Source: Candidatus Borrarchaeum weybense
GTDB taxonomy: Archaea; Asgardarchaeota; Sifarchaeia; Borrarchaeales; Borrarchaeaceae
DNA length: 64,000 nt
NCBI GenBank assembly: GCA_019057385.1
Contig: JAHQJS010000004.1
Coordinates: 160,001 to 224,000 of the forward strand
Direction of reading: 5' to 3'
Shown here: positions 16,920 to 27,133 of the stretch, piece after piece
Position numbering within the stretch: position 1 is the first letter of the stretch
Layout: every line of letters begins with the position of its first letter
Made by a program: the position numbers and the translations under genes
The notes under the pieces: generated by a model
What the model saw: the letters and a program-made list of their open reading frames with translations, nothing else
What the model was told of the DNA's origin: nothing
Database searches by the model: none

Positions 16920-17660
16920 TTAAATAAGCCCAGAAAACGAGATCTGTGGCAAATCTTCACAGAATTTTCTTGCTTCTCGAATTATTGCGTTTAAGTACAG
17001 CCATTTAAAGGCGTAGACTACTCCCGGCATCCACTGCGCTTTTGTGGAATCAAATCTCATTTGAAAATCTTTTGAAGTCACAGAGTAAGTGACCGGAAAC
17101 TCAGGTATGGGCTTAAACGTAATGCTCCATCCCTCTGATAGCTCGGTAAATTCACCACCTAGGTTACTGGCGACTTTTTCTGCGACATCTGGCGTGATTT
17201 GTTGCACAACATGAATTTTCTTTTGATCTACAGGTTGATTTTCAAGAATCTGAGCTCCTAAATGTTTCTGCTTTTTTGTCCATAGGAACTCTGCTTCTTG
17301 AGCCAACAGGCAAATAAAAACAGTAGACAGTACAATTATTTCCTCAGCTGGGTAAATTTCCGCTGATCTGCGATTAAAATATACAAAAAAATCCCTCCCA
17401 AATTCCTCATCTTCAACGAATAGACACAAAATCTGTAAGTTTGGAAGAGGTTTAAAAGAAACTGTCCATTTTACGCTCTCATATGGTCTAAAATTCTCAG
17501 TCATACCTCCAAGTTTAGCCGCAAGGATTTTTATTTCGTCGGTATTGATTCTTTTAATAATATGCATGCGTTTCTTACCGTAACTGAGCACCCTGTTTTG
17601 CCAACCGCTCCCCGCACCAAATTCTTTCGCACCTAGATCAATGTATTCTGAACCGCTCAA
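16920..17660 (-). CDS. DUF3786-like protein with two internal repeats (paralogue B)
   Basis: F.PLPNL.IL.L..EDEEFG...VYF...PAEE motif, repeated. Start set at TTG 17660 after an SD (GAGGT). Confidence 0.65.
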   Translation of the reverse strand: MSGSEYIDLGAKEFGAGSGWQNRVLSYGKKRMHIIKRINTDEIKILAAKLGGMTENFRPYESVKWTVSFKPLPNLQILCLFVEDEEFGRDFFVYFNRRSAEIYPAEEIIVLSTVFICLLAQEAEFLWTKKQKHLGAQILENQPVDQKKIHVVQQITPDVAEKVASNLGGEFTELSEGWSITFKPIPEFPVTYSVTSKDFQMRFDSTKAQWMPGVVYAFKWLYLNAIIREARKFCEDLPQISFSGLI

Positions 17661-17670
17661 ATGTACTACC

Positions 17671-18399
17671 TCATAACTTACAGGATGATGTTTCTGGTAA
17701 CGTACTATCTCCACTAATTATTCTTGCCTCTCTGACCACTGCGTTTAAATATAGCCATTTAAAGGCATACACTACTTCAGGTATCCATTGCGCCACATCC
17801 ACATCGAACAAAATACGAGTTTTATTTCCCACTTCATAAGTAATGGGAAGTGTCGCAATTGGTGTAAATATTAAATTCCATCCGCCTGATATTTCGTTAA
17901 ATTCTCCACCTAACTTGTTGGCGACCTGTTTTGCGACCGCTGGTGTGATATTTTTTAATACAGCAAGCATTTGATTTATATCACGCTTTTCCATAATTTG
18001 TGTTCCTAATCGCCTACGTTTGTTTGTCCATAGGAATTCAGCTTCATGAGGGAATAAAGTGATATACGCCAAACTGAAGACAAGAACATCTTCCACAGGG
18101 AATTTTACAGCATTTCTATTATAGTAAACGTAGAACTCGCTCCCAAATTCTTCATCTGAAACTAAGAGAAACAGGATCTTAAGTTCCGGGAGAGGCTGAA
18201 AGGATATTGTCCATTCTGTGTCGTATAGTTTAAAATCTTCAAAAGATGCTCCAAGTTTAGTTGCAATCTTCTTGGCATCTTTAGATGTTATCTTTTCAAG
18301 AATTTCCATCTGGTTCTTCGCTACGCCTAATAGTTTTGGATGCCAACCACAGCCAGACCCAAACTCCGTAAGAGTGATATATTCACCTGATTTACTCAC
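17671..18399 (-). CDS. DUF3786-like protein with two internal repeats (paralogue A)
   Basis: FQPLPELKILFLLVSDEEFG...PVED. Clear tandem paralogue of the downstream gene (shared EAEFLWT and VVYAFKWLYLNA). Confidence 0.7.
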   Translation of the reverse strand: MSKSGEYITLTEFGSGCGWHPKLLGVAKNQMEILEKITSKDAKKIATKLGASFEDFKLYDTEWTISFQPLPELKILFLLVSDEEFGSEFYVYYNRNAVKFPVEDVLVFSLAYITLFPHEAEFLWTNKRRRLGTQIMEKRDINQMLAVLKNITPAVAKQVANKLGGEFNEISGGWNLIFTPIATLPITYEVGNKTRILFDVDVAQWIPEVVYAFKWLYLNAVVREARIISGDSTLPETSSCKL

Positions 18400-18493
18400 T
18401 TCTGCGTCACCATGTATCTAATTTTTTGATATGATTTATTAAGGTGTTTGTTCGTGTATTTCTTAGTTAAACATATGAACGGAGGATACTTGG

Positions 18494-18865
18494 ATGAAGA
18501 AAATGCTACGATCGCGTGCAGGAGCATCAGCAATTCCTATTATCATCTTGATACTCGTTATTGCTGGTGTAGGTGCCGCGATATGGGGCGGAGGTCTCTT
18601 CTACACGACTGAAATCAGTAGAATTCAAGCAGATCCGACTGGCTGGGACGGAAAATCAGTTTACGTTAAGGGGAAAGTCACTGGTACTATCGACTTTTTT
18701 GGCTTCCATGGCTTCGCAATTGACGATGGCACAGATGCAATTTACGTTGACTGGTCAGGTGTCCTTCCATTAGTTGGAGACACGGTAATCGTACATGGAA
18801 CTGTTCACAAACTTGTTACTATAGCTTATATTGAAGCAACATCCGTCAGAAACGCTTGGTTCTAA
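18494..18865 (+). CDS. Membrane-anchored OB-fold protein
   Basis: Basic N-terminus and TM helix, then GKSVYVKGKV...IDDGTDAIYV...VGDTVIVHGTV OB-fold pattern. Confidence 0.75.
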   Translation: MKKMLRSRAGASAIPIIILILVIAGVGAAIWGGGLFYTTEISRIQADPTGWDGKSVYVKGKVTGTIDFFGFHGFAIDDGTDAIYVDWSGVLPLVGDTVIVHGTVHKLVTIAYIEATSVRNAWF

Positions 18866-18997
18866 GTTCTTTCACATCCTCTTTTTTTTTAATAGTGCAA
18901 ATTATAACCAAACTGATTTTGTAGCTAAAACAAACTCTCTTTTAAAAATTCAGGAGGTACAGGGAGGTTTAATTAATCTAAAGAAAATGAAGAGCGA

Positions 18998-20830
18998 TTA
19001 CCCTGCTCCACCACCACCGCCGCCACCACCGCCGCCACCTCCGGCTCCACCACCTCCAGCTCCTCCACTACTGCTGGGCATAAGAGTAGATGAAATATCA
19101 CTTACAAAGGAATCAAATGTGGCGGCAAAGGAGTCAAGCATTGCACCCACTTGTGGAACAGTAAAGTTTGAAAAGTCCGAATCGGCTCCATAAGTGTGTC
19201 CGTACGCAGGATGATGATAGTAGTACCAATATGGCCAGTACATTCTTCTAGTTCCTGTTTCCGGATAACGACGTCTTTTTACACACGATTTTATCCATTT
19301 TGAAACATTTAAGCCAGAAATGAAAAGCCACGGCAGATATTCGTCTAAGTATTTCATAGCTTCATAAGGTTCACGCATCTTTTTAATTCGGTTTGCTTCC
19401 CGTTTCACATTTCTTAAAAAGAATTTGAATTCTTTATTCATCATTGCCCCGTGTTCCGTCCGATTCGCCATGAAATTTCCTATTACGATACCAATAAGAC
19501 CACTCGCAAGCACTAGAGTTCCTAACAGAGCGAGTCCTACAGTTCTAAAAAAGAATAGTGAGAATACAATAAAAAATCCTGCTGCCATAACAAAAAACGC
19601 GAATTTTTGATATGTTGCTTTAGTCGCGCTATAAGTCGTGGGAAGTAATTGCTGAAGATGCAATTCCTGTTCTATCTCCTCAAGTGCTTCTGCAAATCTA
19701 TCCGGATTCATAACTTCAATACGGGTTTTTTTGTCATACTCGTAGATGCTAACCGTTCGCAACACATGCCAATCAATCTTTGTTAGATCATCAGGTAAAG
19801 TCTTTCTTCTAATGGCATTATATCCGTCGTCTGTTAGGCGTAGAAACGAATCTGATCCATATTGCCAAAGTTCAAGATAGCCTTTTTTGGCTAAATAGAA
19901 AATTGTAACAAGGACGCCATTCATAGTAGCTCCTTCACTGCGAAGACTTTCCACAATAGCAGGATGAAGTTCTCTGGGAGGATTAAGACCAATGGCTTGT
20001 TTATTGACAAAAACAGGGGGATCTCGTCCCCTGAAGAGATAAATTGCTGCATATATACCACTAAAAATGACAAAAAAGATGACTCCAATGAGCCAACCAG
20101 TTCTGTTGAGATACTGTCTCCAGGAAAAAGGTTGCTCTACGGTAGAAGGGAACTGAACTATGATCTCGTAGGATGTGTTAGGTGGCAAATAAGAGTCGTA
20201 ATACACATCTACAACAGATTTCCCATTATTCTCTGAAATAATAACTGTAGATTCTGAACGGATCTTGTCAGGTATCAGTATATCTTCCGTAGTGTATGTT
20301 TTTGGAAGAATCACCTGAATATGCACATTGTAAATCGGTACATCCCAATCACTTCCAATTGCTTGCCAATCCACTATATCGTAATTATCCTCGTAACTTA
20401 TTGCATTCGTTACAGTGTATGTGAGAATAAACGTACGCTCCACAGGTTGCGAGCCGACATAGACCCGCTCATAATACCATGTGATTTCAATCTCATCAAA
20501 ACCCTTAGCAACGGAAAATGTCCCTGCTTCTTCATCAGAAGCTTCTATATAGGCTTCACTACTGTCGCCATAGACTTGTATGTTTTTAATCTCATCAAAT
20601 CCACGGTACGGGATCGTACGATACGCAAAACCGAAATCGCCACTTAGAAAACGGAATGTTATTTGTTCTGAGATGTCTAACGATGCATCTTGGTTTACTG
20701 TAATTGTTGTTTCATAGCCCGATAAATCGTATGTACCCGCGGCATAAGCATTGTTACTAATTGTTGCTGTAAGCAAGGGCACGAAAATAACAAAAAGAAA
20801 TATAAACTTCAAAAGACTTTTTTTCTTCAT
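18998..20830 (-). CDS. DUF2207 family membrane protein
   Basis: Signal peptide, ITVNQDASLDISEQITF, WQAIGSDWDVPI, LAKKGYL, TM pairs and a Gly-rich tail GGAGGGG...GAG. Confidence 0.88.
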   Translation of the reverse strand: MKKKSLLKFIFLFVIFVPLLTATISNNAYAAGTYDLSGYETTITVNQDASLDISEQITFRFLSGDFGFAYRTIPYRGFDEIKNIQVYGDSSEAYIEASDEEAGTFSVAKGFDEIEITWYYERVYVGSQPVERTFILTYTVTNAISYEDNYDIVDWQAIGSDWDVPIYNVHIQVILPKTYTTEDILIPDKIRSESTVIISENNGKSVVDVYYDSYLPPNTSYEIIVQFPSTVEQPFSWRQYLNRTGWLIGVIFFVIFSGIYAAIYLFRGRDPPVFVNKQAIGLNPPRELHPAIVESLRSEGATMNGVLVTIFYLAKKGYLELWQYGSDSFLRLTDDGYNAIRRKTLPDDLTKIDWHVLRTVSIYEYDKKTRIEVMNPDRFAEALEEIEQELHLQQLLPTTYSATKATYQKFAFFVMAAGFFIVFSLFFFRTVGLALLGTLVLASGLIGIVIGNFMANRTEHGAMMNKEFKFFLRNVKREANRIKKMREPYEAMKYLDEYLPWLFISGLNVSKWIKSCVKRRRYPETGTRRMYWPYWYYYHHPAYGHTYGADSDFSNFTVPQVGAMLDSFAATFDSFVSDISSTLMPSSSGGAGGGGAGGGGGGGGGGGGAG

Positions 20831-21089
20831 TTTTCTGTCCTCAATTTCAATTTCTGGAGATTTACAGGCAAAACTCGGACGTTCATTGCCGCAGTTTGCA
20901 GAAAAACAATTATAACACGCAAAAATATTATTTAAATCTTTGCTCGCTTTATTTCGCTTATTAAATGTCTAGATACCATCTTTATATTCCATAAACTACA
21001 ATGAAACAATCAGTATCATAATTAGCATAATTCAAAACTAGTATAGTTCATTCTAAAAATGATGTAAAAACAAGGAGGCATTAAGTAAA

Positions 21090-21878
21090 ATGGATGAAGC
21101 AACAATCGAAATGCTTGCTAATGAAGTTCTCAACGCAGAAGATACGCGTGAACCCTTAAAACTGTTTACTGAAAGGTTTGATATTACCATTCAAGACTCG
21201 TATCAGATCCACCTACGAGTTGTTGAAAAGAAAAAAGCGCGTGGAGAGCGAATAATCGGTAAGAAGATCGGACTTACCTCAAAGGCTATGCAAGAATTAC
21301 TCGGAATCGACGAACCCGACTATGGATTCATTATGTCCACCAATATAGCTGGTGAAGGGACTATTTCCATGAAAGAGTTGATCGAACCAAAGGCAGAACC
21401 TGAAGTCGCATTTGTTTTAATGGATGATTTACAAGGTCCTGGTGTAACTGCTGCACACGTACTGGCTGCCACAGCGGGTGTATTGCCTAGTATCGAAATA
21501 ATTGATAGCCGATTTGCGGGCTGGGGAATCAAAATACAGGACTCTATCGCAGATGGCGCAAGTATAGGACGTGTGATTTTTGGTGCTGGTGGTCTTACCG
21601 ATGTATCGACACCAGGTCTCGACTTGAGATATCTCGGTCTTGTTCTTGAAAAGAACGGTGAAGTAGTGGAAACTGCTGCTGGTGCTGCTGTCTTAGGGAA
21701 TCCCGCTGAATCTGTAGCATGGTTAGCCAACAAACTCTCAGAATATGATATCATTCTTAAAGCTGGTGAAGTAGTGATATCAGGATCTTTAACGAAAGCT
21801 CTTCCTGTTCAAGCGGGAGATCATGTTAGAGCAACGTTTGGTCAACTTGGATCTGTAAGCATAAAATTTGTAGAGTAA
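21090..21878 (+). CDS. mhpD: 2-keto-4-pentenoate hydratase (FAH superfamily)
   Basis: GKKIGLTSKAMQ, EPDYG, EPEVAF, EIIDSR, LGNPAESVAWLAN. Confidence 0.88.
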   Translation: MDEATIEMLANEVLNAEDTREPLKLFTERFDITIQDSYQIHLRVVEKKKARGERIIGKKIGLTSKAMQELLGIDEPDYGFIMSTNIAGEGTISMKELIEPKAEPEVAFVLMDDLQGPGVTAAHVLAATAGVLPSIEIIDSRFAGWGIKIQDSIADGASIGRVIFGAGGLTDVSTPGLDLRYLGLVLEKNGEVVETAAGAAVLGNPAESVAWLANKLSEYDIILKAGEVVISGSLTKALPVQAGDHVRATFGQLGSVSIKFVE

Positions 21879-21897
21879 TAACTCAGTTTGAATAATA

Positions 21898-22701
21898 ATG
21901 AACAATGATTCCTTAGAAGATGCATCAGAACTATCGTATATTGATGCACACTGTCATATCGGCCATGATATCGATGGTACTCGACAAACAGCCGAAATAT
22001 TACTTGTAAAAATGGATCAGTGTGGTATTGACCACGCTATTATTTTTCCTTTTAATGAGTACCTCCAACGCGACTGTTTCAAAAGAGCAAATACGTTAAT
22101 TGCTAATTTAATGAACGACCACCCTGAGCAGTTCACAGGGTTTTGTAGACTTGATCCACACAGCCCATTAGCAATCGCTGAGTTGAAGCGTTGTGTGAAT
22201 GAACTAGGATTAAGAGGCATAAAACTACACCCACGCGCTCAAAATCTTGACATCGATGCGCTATACATGATGCCTATATTTGAACTAGCAGAAAACTATG
22301 ATATGCCGATTCTTATCCATACTTCAGGGATTGTGAAGGGCATAGATCCAATAAAATCTGCTAATATTGTACATAAATTTCCGAATGTGAATTTCATTAT
22401 GGGTCATAGCTACAAGGCGCATTACGGTATCACTAGCAATGATTCAAATTCTTCTTCTGCTTTTAGAGAAATACTTGAACTTGCATATCAGCAAAAAAAT
22501 GTATATTTTGAGACCTCTTTCTTGCCAACGGCTTATCTCGAAGAATTAATCGAAAAAATTGGCGCTGGTCAAGTGGTTTTTGGTTCAGACTCCCCCTATG
22601 GAGACCCATGTTGGGAGAAATTAACTATAGAAGCACTTGACATTCCCAAAAGTGAAAAAATAAAGATTTCTAAGACAAATATCTCACTATTAATCGAATA
22701 A
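21898..22701 (+). CDS. Amidohydrolase family protein (TIM-barrel metal-dependent hydrolase)
   Basis: IDAHCH, GIKLHP, ILIHT, IMGH, FGSDSP. Confidence 0.88.
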   Translation: MNNDSLEDASELSYIDAHCHIGHDIDGTRQTAEILLVKMDQCGIDHAIIFPFNEYLQRDCFKRANTLIANLMNDHPEQFTGFCRLDPHSPLAIAELKRCVNELGLRGIKLHPRAQNLDIDALYMMPIFELAENYDMPILIHTSGIVKGIDPIKSANIVHKFPNVNFIMGHSYKAHYGITSNDSNSSSAFREILELAYQQKNVYFETSFLPTAYLEELIEKIGAGQVVFGSDSPYGDPCWEKLTIEALDIPKSEKIKISKTNISLLIE

Positions 22702-22733
22702 GCCATTTAAAAAAAGAAAGAAGAAAATTATTA

Positions 22734-23960
22734 TTATGGAAGAACGCCCTTTGCCATTTCTTCGAATTCTTCGTTGGTAAGGATTCTTTTGTTCTCAATT
22801 GCAAAATCCTTAACTTTAGCTAAGATTTCTAGCGCTTGTTCTTCTGTAGGTTCTGGTAAACCCAACTCTTCAGCTTTTATGAGAATCGATGGTAAGCCTG
22901 ACTTCTTTCCAAGCACGATGCGGACATCTTCCTGCCCGATCGCTTTTGGTAGAATTGGATACATCACAAGAGGCATGCCTTTTTCCTTCAAGCGCTTCCA
23001 CCAACCAGCAACTATTCCTGATTCCGTAACAAAGAAGTTGTCTCCAACAATTGGTTTTGCTGGTGGCATTTTTACGTTGGTGCGTTCTTGGACAAACTTT
23101 GACATTTCGTAGAGTTTTTCGAATTTGATTTTTGGCATATCCACGCCATAGAGCATCCTTAAGGCTGCTAAAATCTCTTCAAGAGCGCAATTTCCGAGTC
23201 GTTCGCCGATTGCATTCACCGTTGTGTGCACAACTTCAGCGCCAGCCTGTAGACCTGCAATAGAGTTTGCTACCGCAAGGCCGAAATCGTTATGCATGTG
23301 CATTTCGACAGGCTTCTTTATTCGTTCGCTTATCTTTTTTGTGAGATATCGTGTAGCTTCAGGAGTACACACACCAAACGTATCTACAAGTGCCACGGAA
23401 TCGGCATGTCCCTCGGCACTAACCTTCTCTAGAAGATTCAAATACCAATCTACATCAGCACGAGTTGAATCGATGCAGAAAAAGCATGTATAAAGACCAT
23501 GCTCACCAGAATACGCTGTTGCTTCAATTGATTTTCTCAGTGCTGTTTCTAAATCCCAGGCGTATGCATGTTCTATGATATGATCGGAACTTGGAATTTC
23601 CATGATGACGCCATCGACGTCGCACTCAAGCGCCAGATCAACATCACCTTTCATGCAACGCGTGAAGGCGAATGTCTTAGCATCTACCTCTTTTGCGATA
23701 GCCTTAATTGCCGCCTTATCATCTGCCGATACTGCCGGCATACCTGCCTCAATTCTATCGACACCTAATTCCGCTAATTTGTGGGCTATTGCAAGTTTGT
23801 CATCTTTTCTGAGAACAATGCCTGCCTGTTGTTCTCCATCTCTTAGTGTAATATCCTCAAATTCAATATTCTTAGGGAATTCTACTTTTGTCTCTTCAAT
23901 GAAATTATAGGGGGAAACCCACCATTTATCAGTTTTCCAAGGTTCTGCCATATTTCTCAC
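22734..23960 (-). CDS. DRE-TIM metallolyase of the homocitrate/isopropylmalate/Re-citrate synthase family
   Basis: DITLRDGEQQAG, HMHNDFGLAVANS, GERLGNCALEE, LGKKSG. No LeuA regulatory domain. Confidence 0.85.
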   Translation of the reverse strand: MRNMAEPWKTDKWWVSPYNFIEETKVEFPKNIEFEDITLRDGEQQAGIVLRKDDKLAIAHKLAELGVDRIEAGMPAVSADDKAAIKAIAKEVDAKTFAFTRCMKGDVDLALECDVDGVIMEIPSSDHIIEHAYAWDLETALRKSIEATAYSGEHGLYTCFFCIDSTRADVDWYLNLLEKVSAEGHADSVALVDTFGVCTPEATRYLTKKISERIKKPVEMHMHNDFGLAVANSIAGLQAGAEVVHTTVNAIGERLGNCALEEILAALRMLYGVDMPKIKFEKLYEMSKFVQERTNVKMPPAKPIVGDNFFVTESGIVAGWWKRLKEKGMPLVMYPILPKAIGQEDVRIVLGKKSGLPSILIKAEELGLPEPTEEQALEILAKVKDFAIENKRILTNEEFEEMAKGVLP

Positions 23961-24002
23961 CTAATCTAGGTTTAATGAGGTTTGTAAAGATGTATTTTAA
24001 CT

Positions 24003-24479
24003 TCAAATAGCTTTGGTTTGCATACTAAGATTCTGTACTTCAATCGGAATGCATTTGTCAATTGATTTTGTGATATGACAATATTCAACACTCAACTCGA
24101 AGCATTTTTCACCGAGTCGTTCCTCGCCTTCTTCAACCAGCATTTCAGCATTTACTACAATTTTTGTTAGCCGATATGCTCTCACTGTTTGTACAAAATC
24201 CACATTTCCAGCAGCCTTTAATTTGAATTCAATGGGCTGAAATTTCATCTTTCTGCAAAAGTAACAGAAAGTCGTGGTAATGCACCCAGCAACGGAAGAC
24301 ATGAAAAGTTCATCAGGACATAAAGCTCTAGAGTTGCCGCCCCAATCCGTTGGAGTATCAAATTGTACCTCATAACCGCTATGTGTGGCAGTGAGTTTTC
24401 CGCCGGTTTGGTGGTCCCATGCGGAAACAACTTCAAAGACTAAATGTTCAGGATCGGTAGTTTTTGCCATTTCATCCAC
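24003..24479 (-). CDS. OsmC/Ohr family protein
   Basis: DTP..WGG...PDELFMSSVAGC and EYCHITKSI two-Cys pattern. Confidence 0.85.
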   Translation of the reverse strand: MDEMAKTTDPEHLVFEVVSAWDHQTGGKLTATHSGYEVQFDTPTDWGGNSRALCPDELFMSSVAGCITTTFCYFCRKMKFQPIEFKLKAAGNVDFVQTVRAYRLTKIVVNAEMLVEEGEERLGEKCFELSVEYCHITKSIDKCIPIEVQNLSMQTKAI

Positions 24480-24618
24480 CTCAAGTTATTGTTTTTTTTA
24501 AACAGTTCAATTACAGCTAACATTTGTTGCACATAAACCTTATAAGGATGATTCATCTGCCTTTTGAAGCACACGAGAATAGAATCTGTCTATCTCTCTT
24601 CCAGAGGAGTCGATCAAA

Positions 24619-25932
24619 GTGGATATTGGTATTTATCCCCCACACGCCAACGTGCTAGCAGCGGTTCAATTGAAGAAATTCAAGGATACTGCAAAATGGC
24701 TAAATGATCATACGCTGTTCTATAAGACCAAATTTAGGAAAGCCGATGTGGATCCTACAGATATCAAGAGTCTTGATGATATCAAAAAACTGCCGTTCAC
24801 TACTAAAGATGAACTGAAAGCTCTTCCTAATAGCGAAATTTGCTGGCATCCTGAACTTACGCTTAGAAAACACACCTCTTCAGGGACAACGGGCATGCCT
24901 ACTGCATCATGTTTTATCGATGTTGACTTGAAGGTAATGGGCACACTTGGGGCCCGTTCGCTCAAGCTTTGCGGATGCGAGGAAGGGATGACACTTCAGG
25001 TCAATTATGGCTATGGCTTCTTTACAGGAGGGTTGATTTTTGATGAGGCGGCACGACGTCTTGGCATGAAAATATTGCCTCAAGGTGCTGCCCCAATCGA
25101 CCAGTGTATTGCTGCTATGCAACGTTTTCAGCCAGAGGTATGGTGCTGTACCCCTACTTACGCCAAACGGGTTTGTTACTATATAGGTGATAATGGGGTC
25201 GATATTTCTTGGCGTATCGGCTCTCACGGGGCTGAAGTATGGACAAACGAAACGAGAAAACTAATTGAAGAGGGTTTAGGACCAGATTATAAGGCATATG
25301 ACGTTTTTGGACTATGTGAAAAAGGAGGACCATTTGTCGGGCATGAGTGTACTGCTCAGGATGGTACTCACATCTGGACAGATGTATTTTACATGGAAAT
25401 ACTAGATGAAAATGGCGAAGATGTTAGTGAAGGCGAAATTGGTGAACTAGTATTATCCCATATCTATACTGGAGGCTACTCGACGATTAGATACCGCACT
25501 GGAGATAAAGTCAAACTTGTCGCAGAAAATGATTGTGTTTGCTTTGCATCTGGCTATCCTCGTATACAAATATTGGGAAGAAAAGTTAAGGACGAATTTA
25601 AAGTTGGTGGAACGTTTTTAATCCGCTCTGATCTCGAAAATGTAGCAGTTAATACAACAAGAAAACTTCACGAACTTTTTGGGGCTGAAGTTGGAGAATT
25701 CAGAGTAGAACTTTCATCTTTAGAAGGAACAACAGATGTACGTTACTGCGTAGAGCTGACTGATCCTGATAATGAAGAACAGAAAAGCGTAGTTAAAAGT
25801 GTTGTCCGTGACATATCACGTCACATGATCAACCGTAGTTTCCCTGTAAAAGTTTGTCCTATGGACACTTATGAAAGGAGCCTAGGAAAAACAAAATTGA
25901 TCGTTGATAAGAGAAATGAAGAAACTCAGTAG
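24619..25932 (+). CDS. paaK: Phenylacetate-CoA ligase family protein
   Basis: LPFTTKDEL, HTSSGTTG, YGYGFFTGG, FGLCE, IRYRTGD. Confidence 0.85.
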   Translation: MDIGIYPPHANVLAAVQLKKFKDTAKWLNDHTLFYKTKFRKADVDPTDIKSLDDIKKLPFTTKDELKALPNSEICWHPELTLRKHTSSGTTGMPTASCFIDVDLKVMGTLGARSLKLCGCEEGMTLQVNYGYGFFTGGLIFDEAARRLGMKILPQGAAPIDQCIAAMQRFQPEVWCCTPTYAKRVCYYIGDNGVDISWRIGSHGAEVWTNETRKLIEEGLGPDYKAYDVFGLCEKGGPFVGHECTAQDGTHIWTDVFYMEILDENGEDVSEGEIGELVLSHIYTGGYSTIRYRTGDKVKLVAENDCVCFASGYPRIQILGRKVKDEFKVGGTFLIRSDLENVAVNTTRKLHELFGAEVGEFRVELSSLEGTTDVRYCVELTDPDNEEQKSVVKSVVRDISRHMINRSFPVKVCPMDTYERSLGKTKLIVDKRNEETQ

Positions 25933-25986
25933 AGTACAAAAATTTTGATAAATAAATCGCTGAAAATGAGGTTAGGCAGTTTTGTC

Positions 25987-26541
25987 CTAATTTGTTTTTT
26001 CTGTAACTTTTTCCGCCATAGCAAAGCCAACTTCAAGCGCCCGTAAGTTTATAGTCTTATACTTTGTTGGCACCACTTCAAGCACAGCTTTCCCTATTGT
26101 ATCCCTCGAAACCACTTCTGTCAGGCCGACTAAGAAGCCGAGCATAATTATGTTAGCGACTACCTTGTTTCCAAGATCTATTGCAGTATTAGTAGCTTGG
26201 ATTCCAATTTTTCTAATTGATTCAGATTTTAGCGTTGCTTCTTTCACTAATCCCTCATCGTAAATGAAAATGCCGTTAATTTCAATATCATCAATATATG
26301 TATCTACTGCTTCTTGGGACATCGCCACAAGAATATTTGGTTTTGTTACGTTCGGAAAGATTATTTCGTGAGGGCTAATTTTTACCTCAGAACTGGCTAA
26401 CCCGCCTCGTGCTGCTGCCCCATAATTTTGAAATAGCGAGGCGAATTGATTCTCGTATAAGGTAGCTGCACGTGCCAAGATAACGCCCGCGGTGATTGTC
26501 CCTTGTCCACCAGATCCTGCAAAGCGTATCGATAGTTCCAT
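25987..26541 (-). CDS. 2-oxoacid:ferredoxin oxidoreductase gamma subunit (orphan)
   Basis: IRFAGSGGQG, YGAAARGG, ANIIMLG, INLRALEVG. Confidence 0.88.
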   Translation of the reverse strand: MELSIRFAGSGGQGTITAGVILARAATLYENQFASLFQNYGAAARGGLASSEVKISPHEIIFPNVTKPNILVAMSQEAVDTYIDDIEINGIFIYDEGLVKEATLKSESIRKIGIQATNTAIDLGNKVVANIIMLGFLVGLTEVVSRDTIGKAVLEVVPTKYKTINLRALEVGFAMAEKVTEKTN

Positions 26542-26607
26542 CCGAAAAAACTCCCTAAAAACAACTTTACATACGTCAACATATACTTTTTAACCTTATC
26601 GATATTA

Positions 26608-27063
26608 TTGAACTTAATTGGAGGAGCTTCAATGGTTCATATAAAGGACTTCCTTTCAACGAATATAGGCACTCGTGAAATCATGAATAAAAAAAAGTTG
26701 CTTTTATATGGTACATGCATGGCTGAAAAGCATCCCAACATTTTAGAAGAGTATGCTGAAGGAAGAGTAGCTTTAGCGGTTTGTCTAGAGAGAGATCACC
26801 TGAATATGGTAGCTTTCAAGCTTGCAACAATGGTAAAGAGTGCAAACTTAGAGGAGGTTGCGGTCTTAACCGTAGACGGCTCCCCTCATTGTGTTCAATT
26901 ACATCAAACTGTTTCTGAGGTCAATAGGTTATTTGATGACCCTCCGTCTACCCGTTATTTTGTAGTAGAGCATAGTAAAATCCATGAAGTAGATGAAAAA
27001 ACAGTAAAAACCTCTCGATTCCTATCAAAAATCGAGAAGTTATTGAGAAAAGGAAGCAAATAA
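26608..27063 (+). CDS. Putative Fe-S/metal-binding protein
   Basis: LLYGTC, AVCLE, TVDGSPHCVQL pattern. Likely start at ATG 26632 after GGAGG. Confidence 0.65.
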   Translation: MNLIGGASMVHIKDFLSTNIGTREIMNKKKLLLYGTCMAEKHPNILEEYAEGRVALAVCLERDHLNMVAFKLATMVKSANLEEVAVLTVDGSPHCVQLHQTVSEVNRLFDDPPSTRYFVVEHSKIHEVDEKTVKTSRFLSKIEKLLRKGSK

Positions 27064-27133
27064 AAAAAGGTTTATATGAGAGGCAGTTGTGTTTTAATTA
27101 GATACAGATTCTATTATTGCAGAGAACGGAGGC

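Noticed and set aside
19000-19075. GC-rich (CCA/CCG)n tract and poly-Pro ORF 18831-19193
   Set aside because: It is the antisense of the Gly-rich tail typical of DUF2207 proteins.
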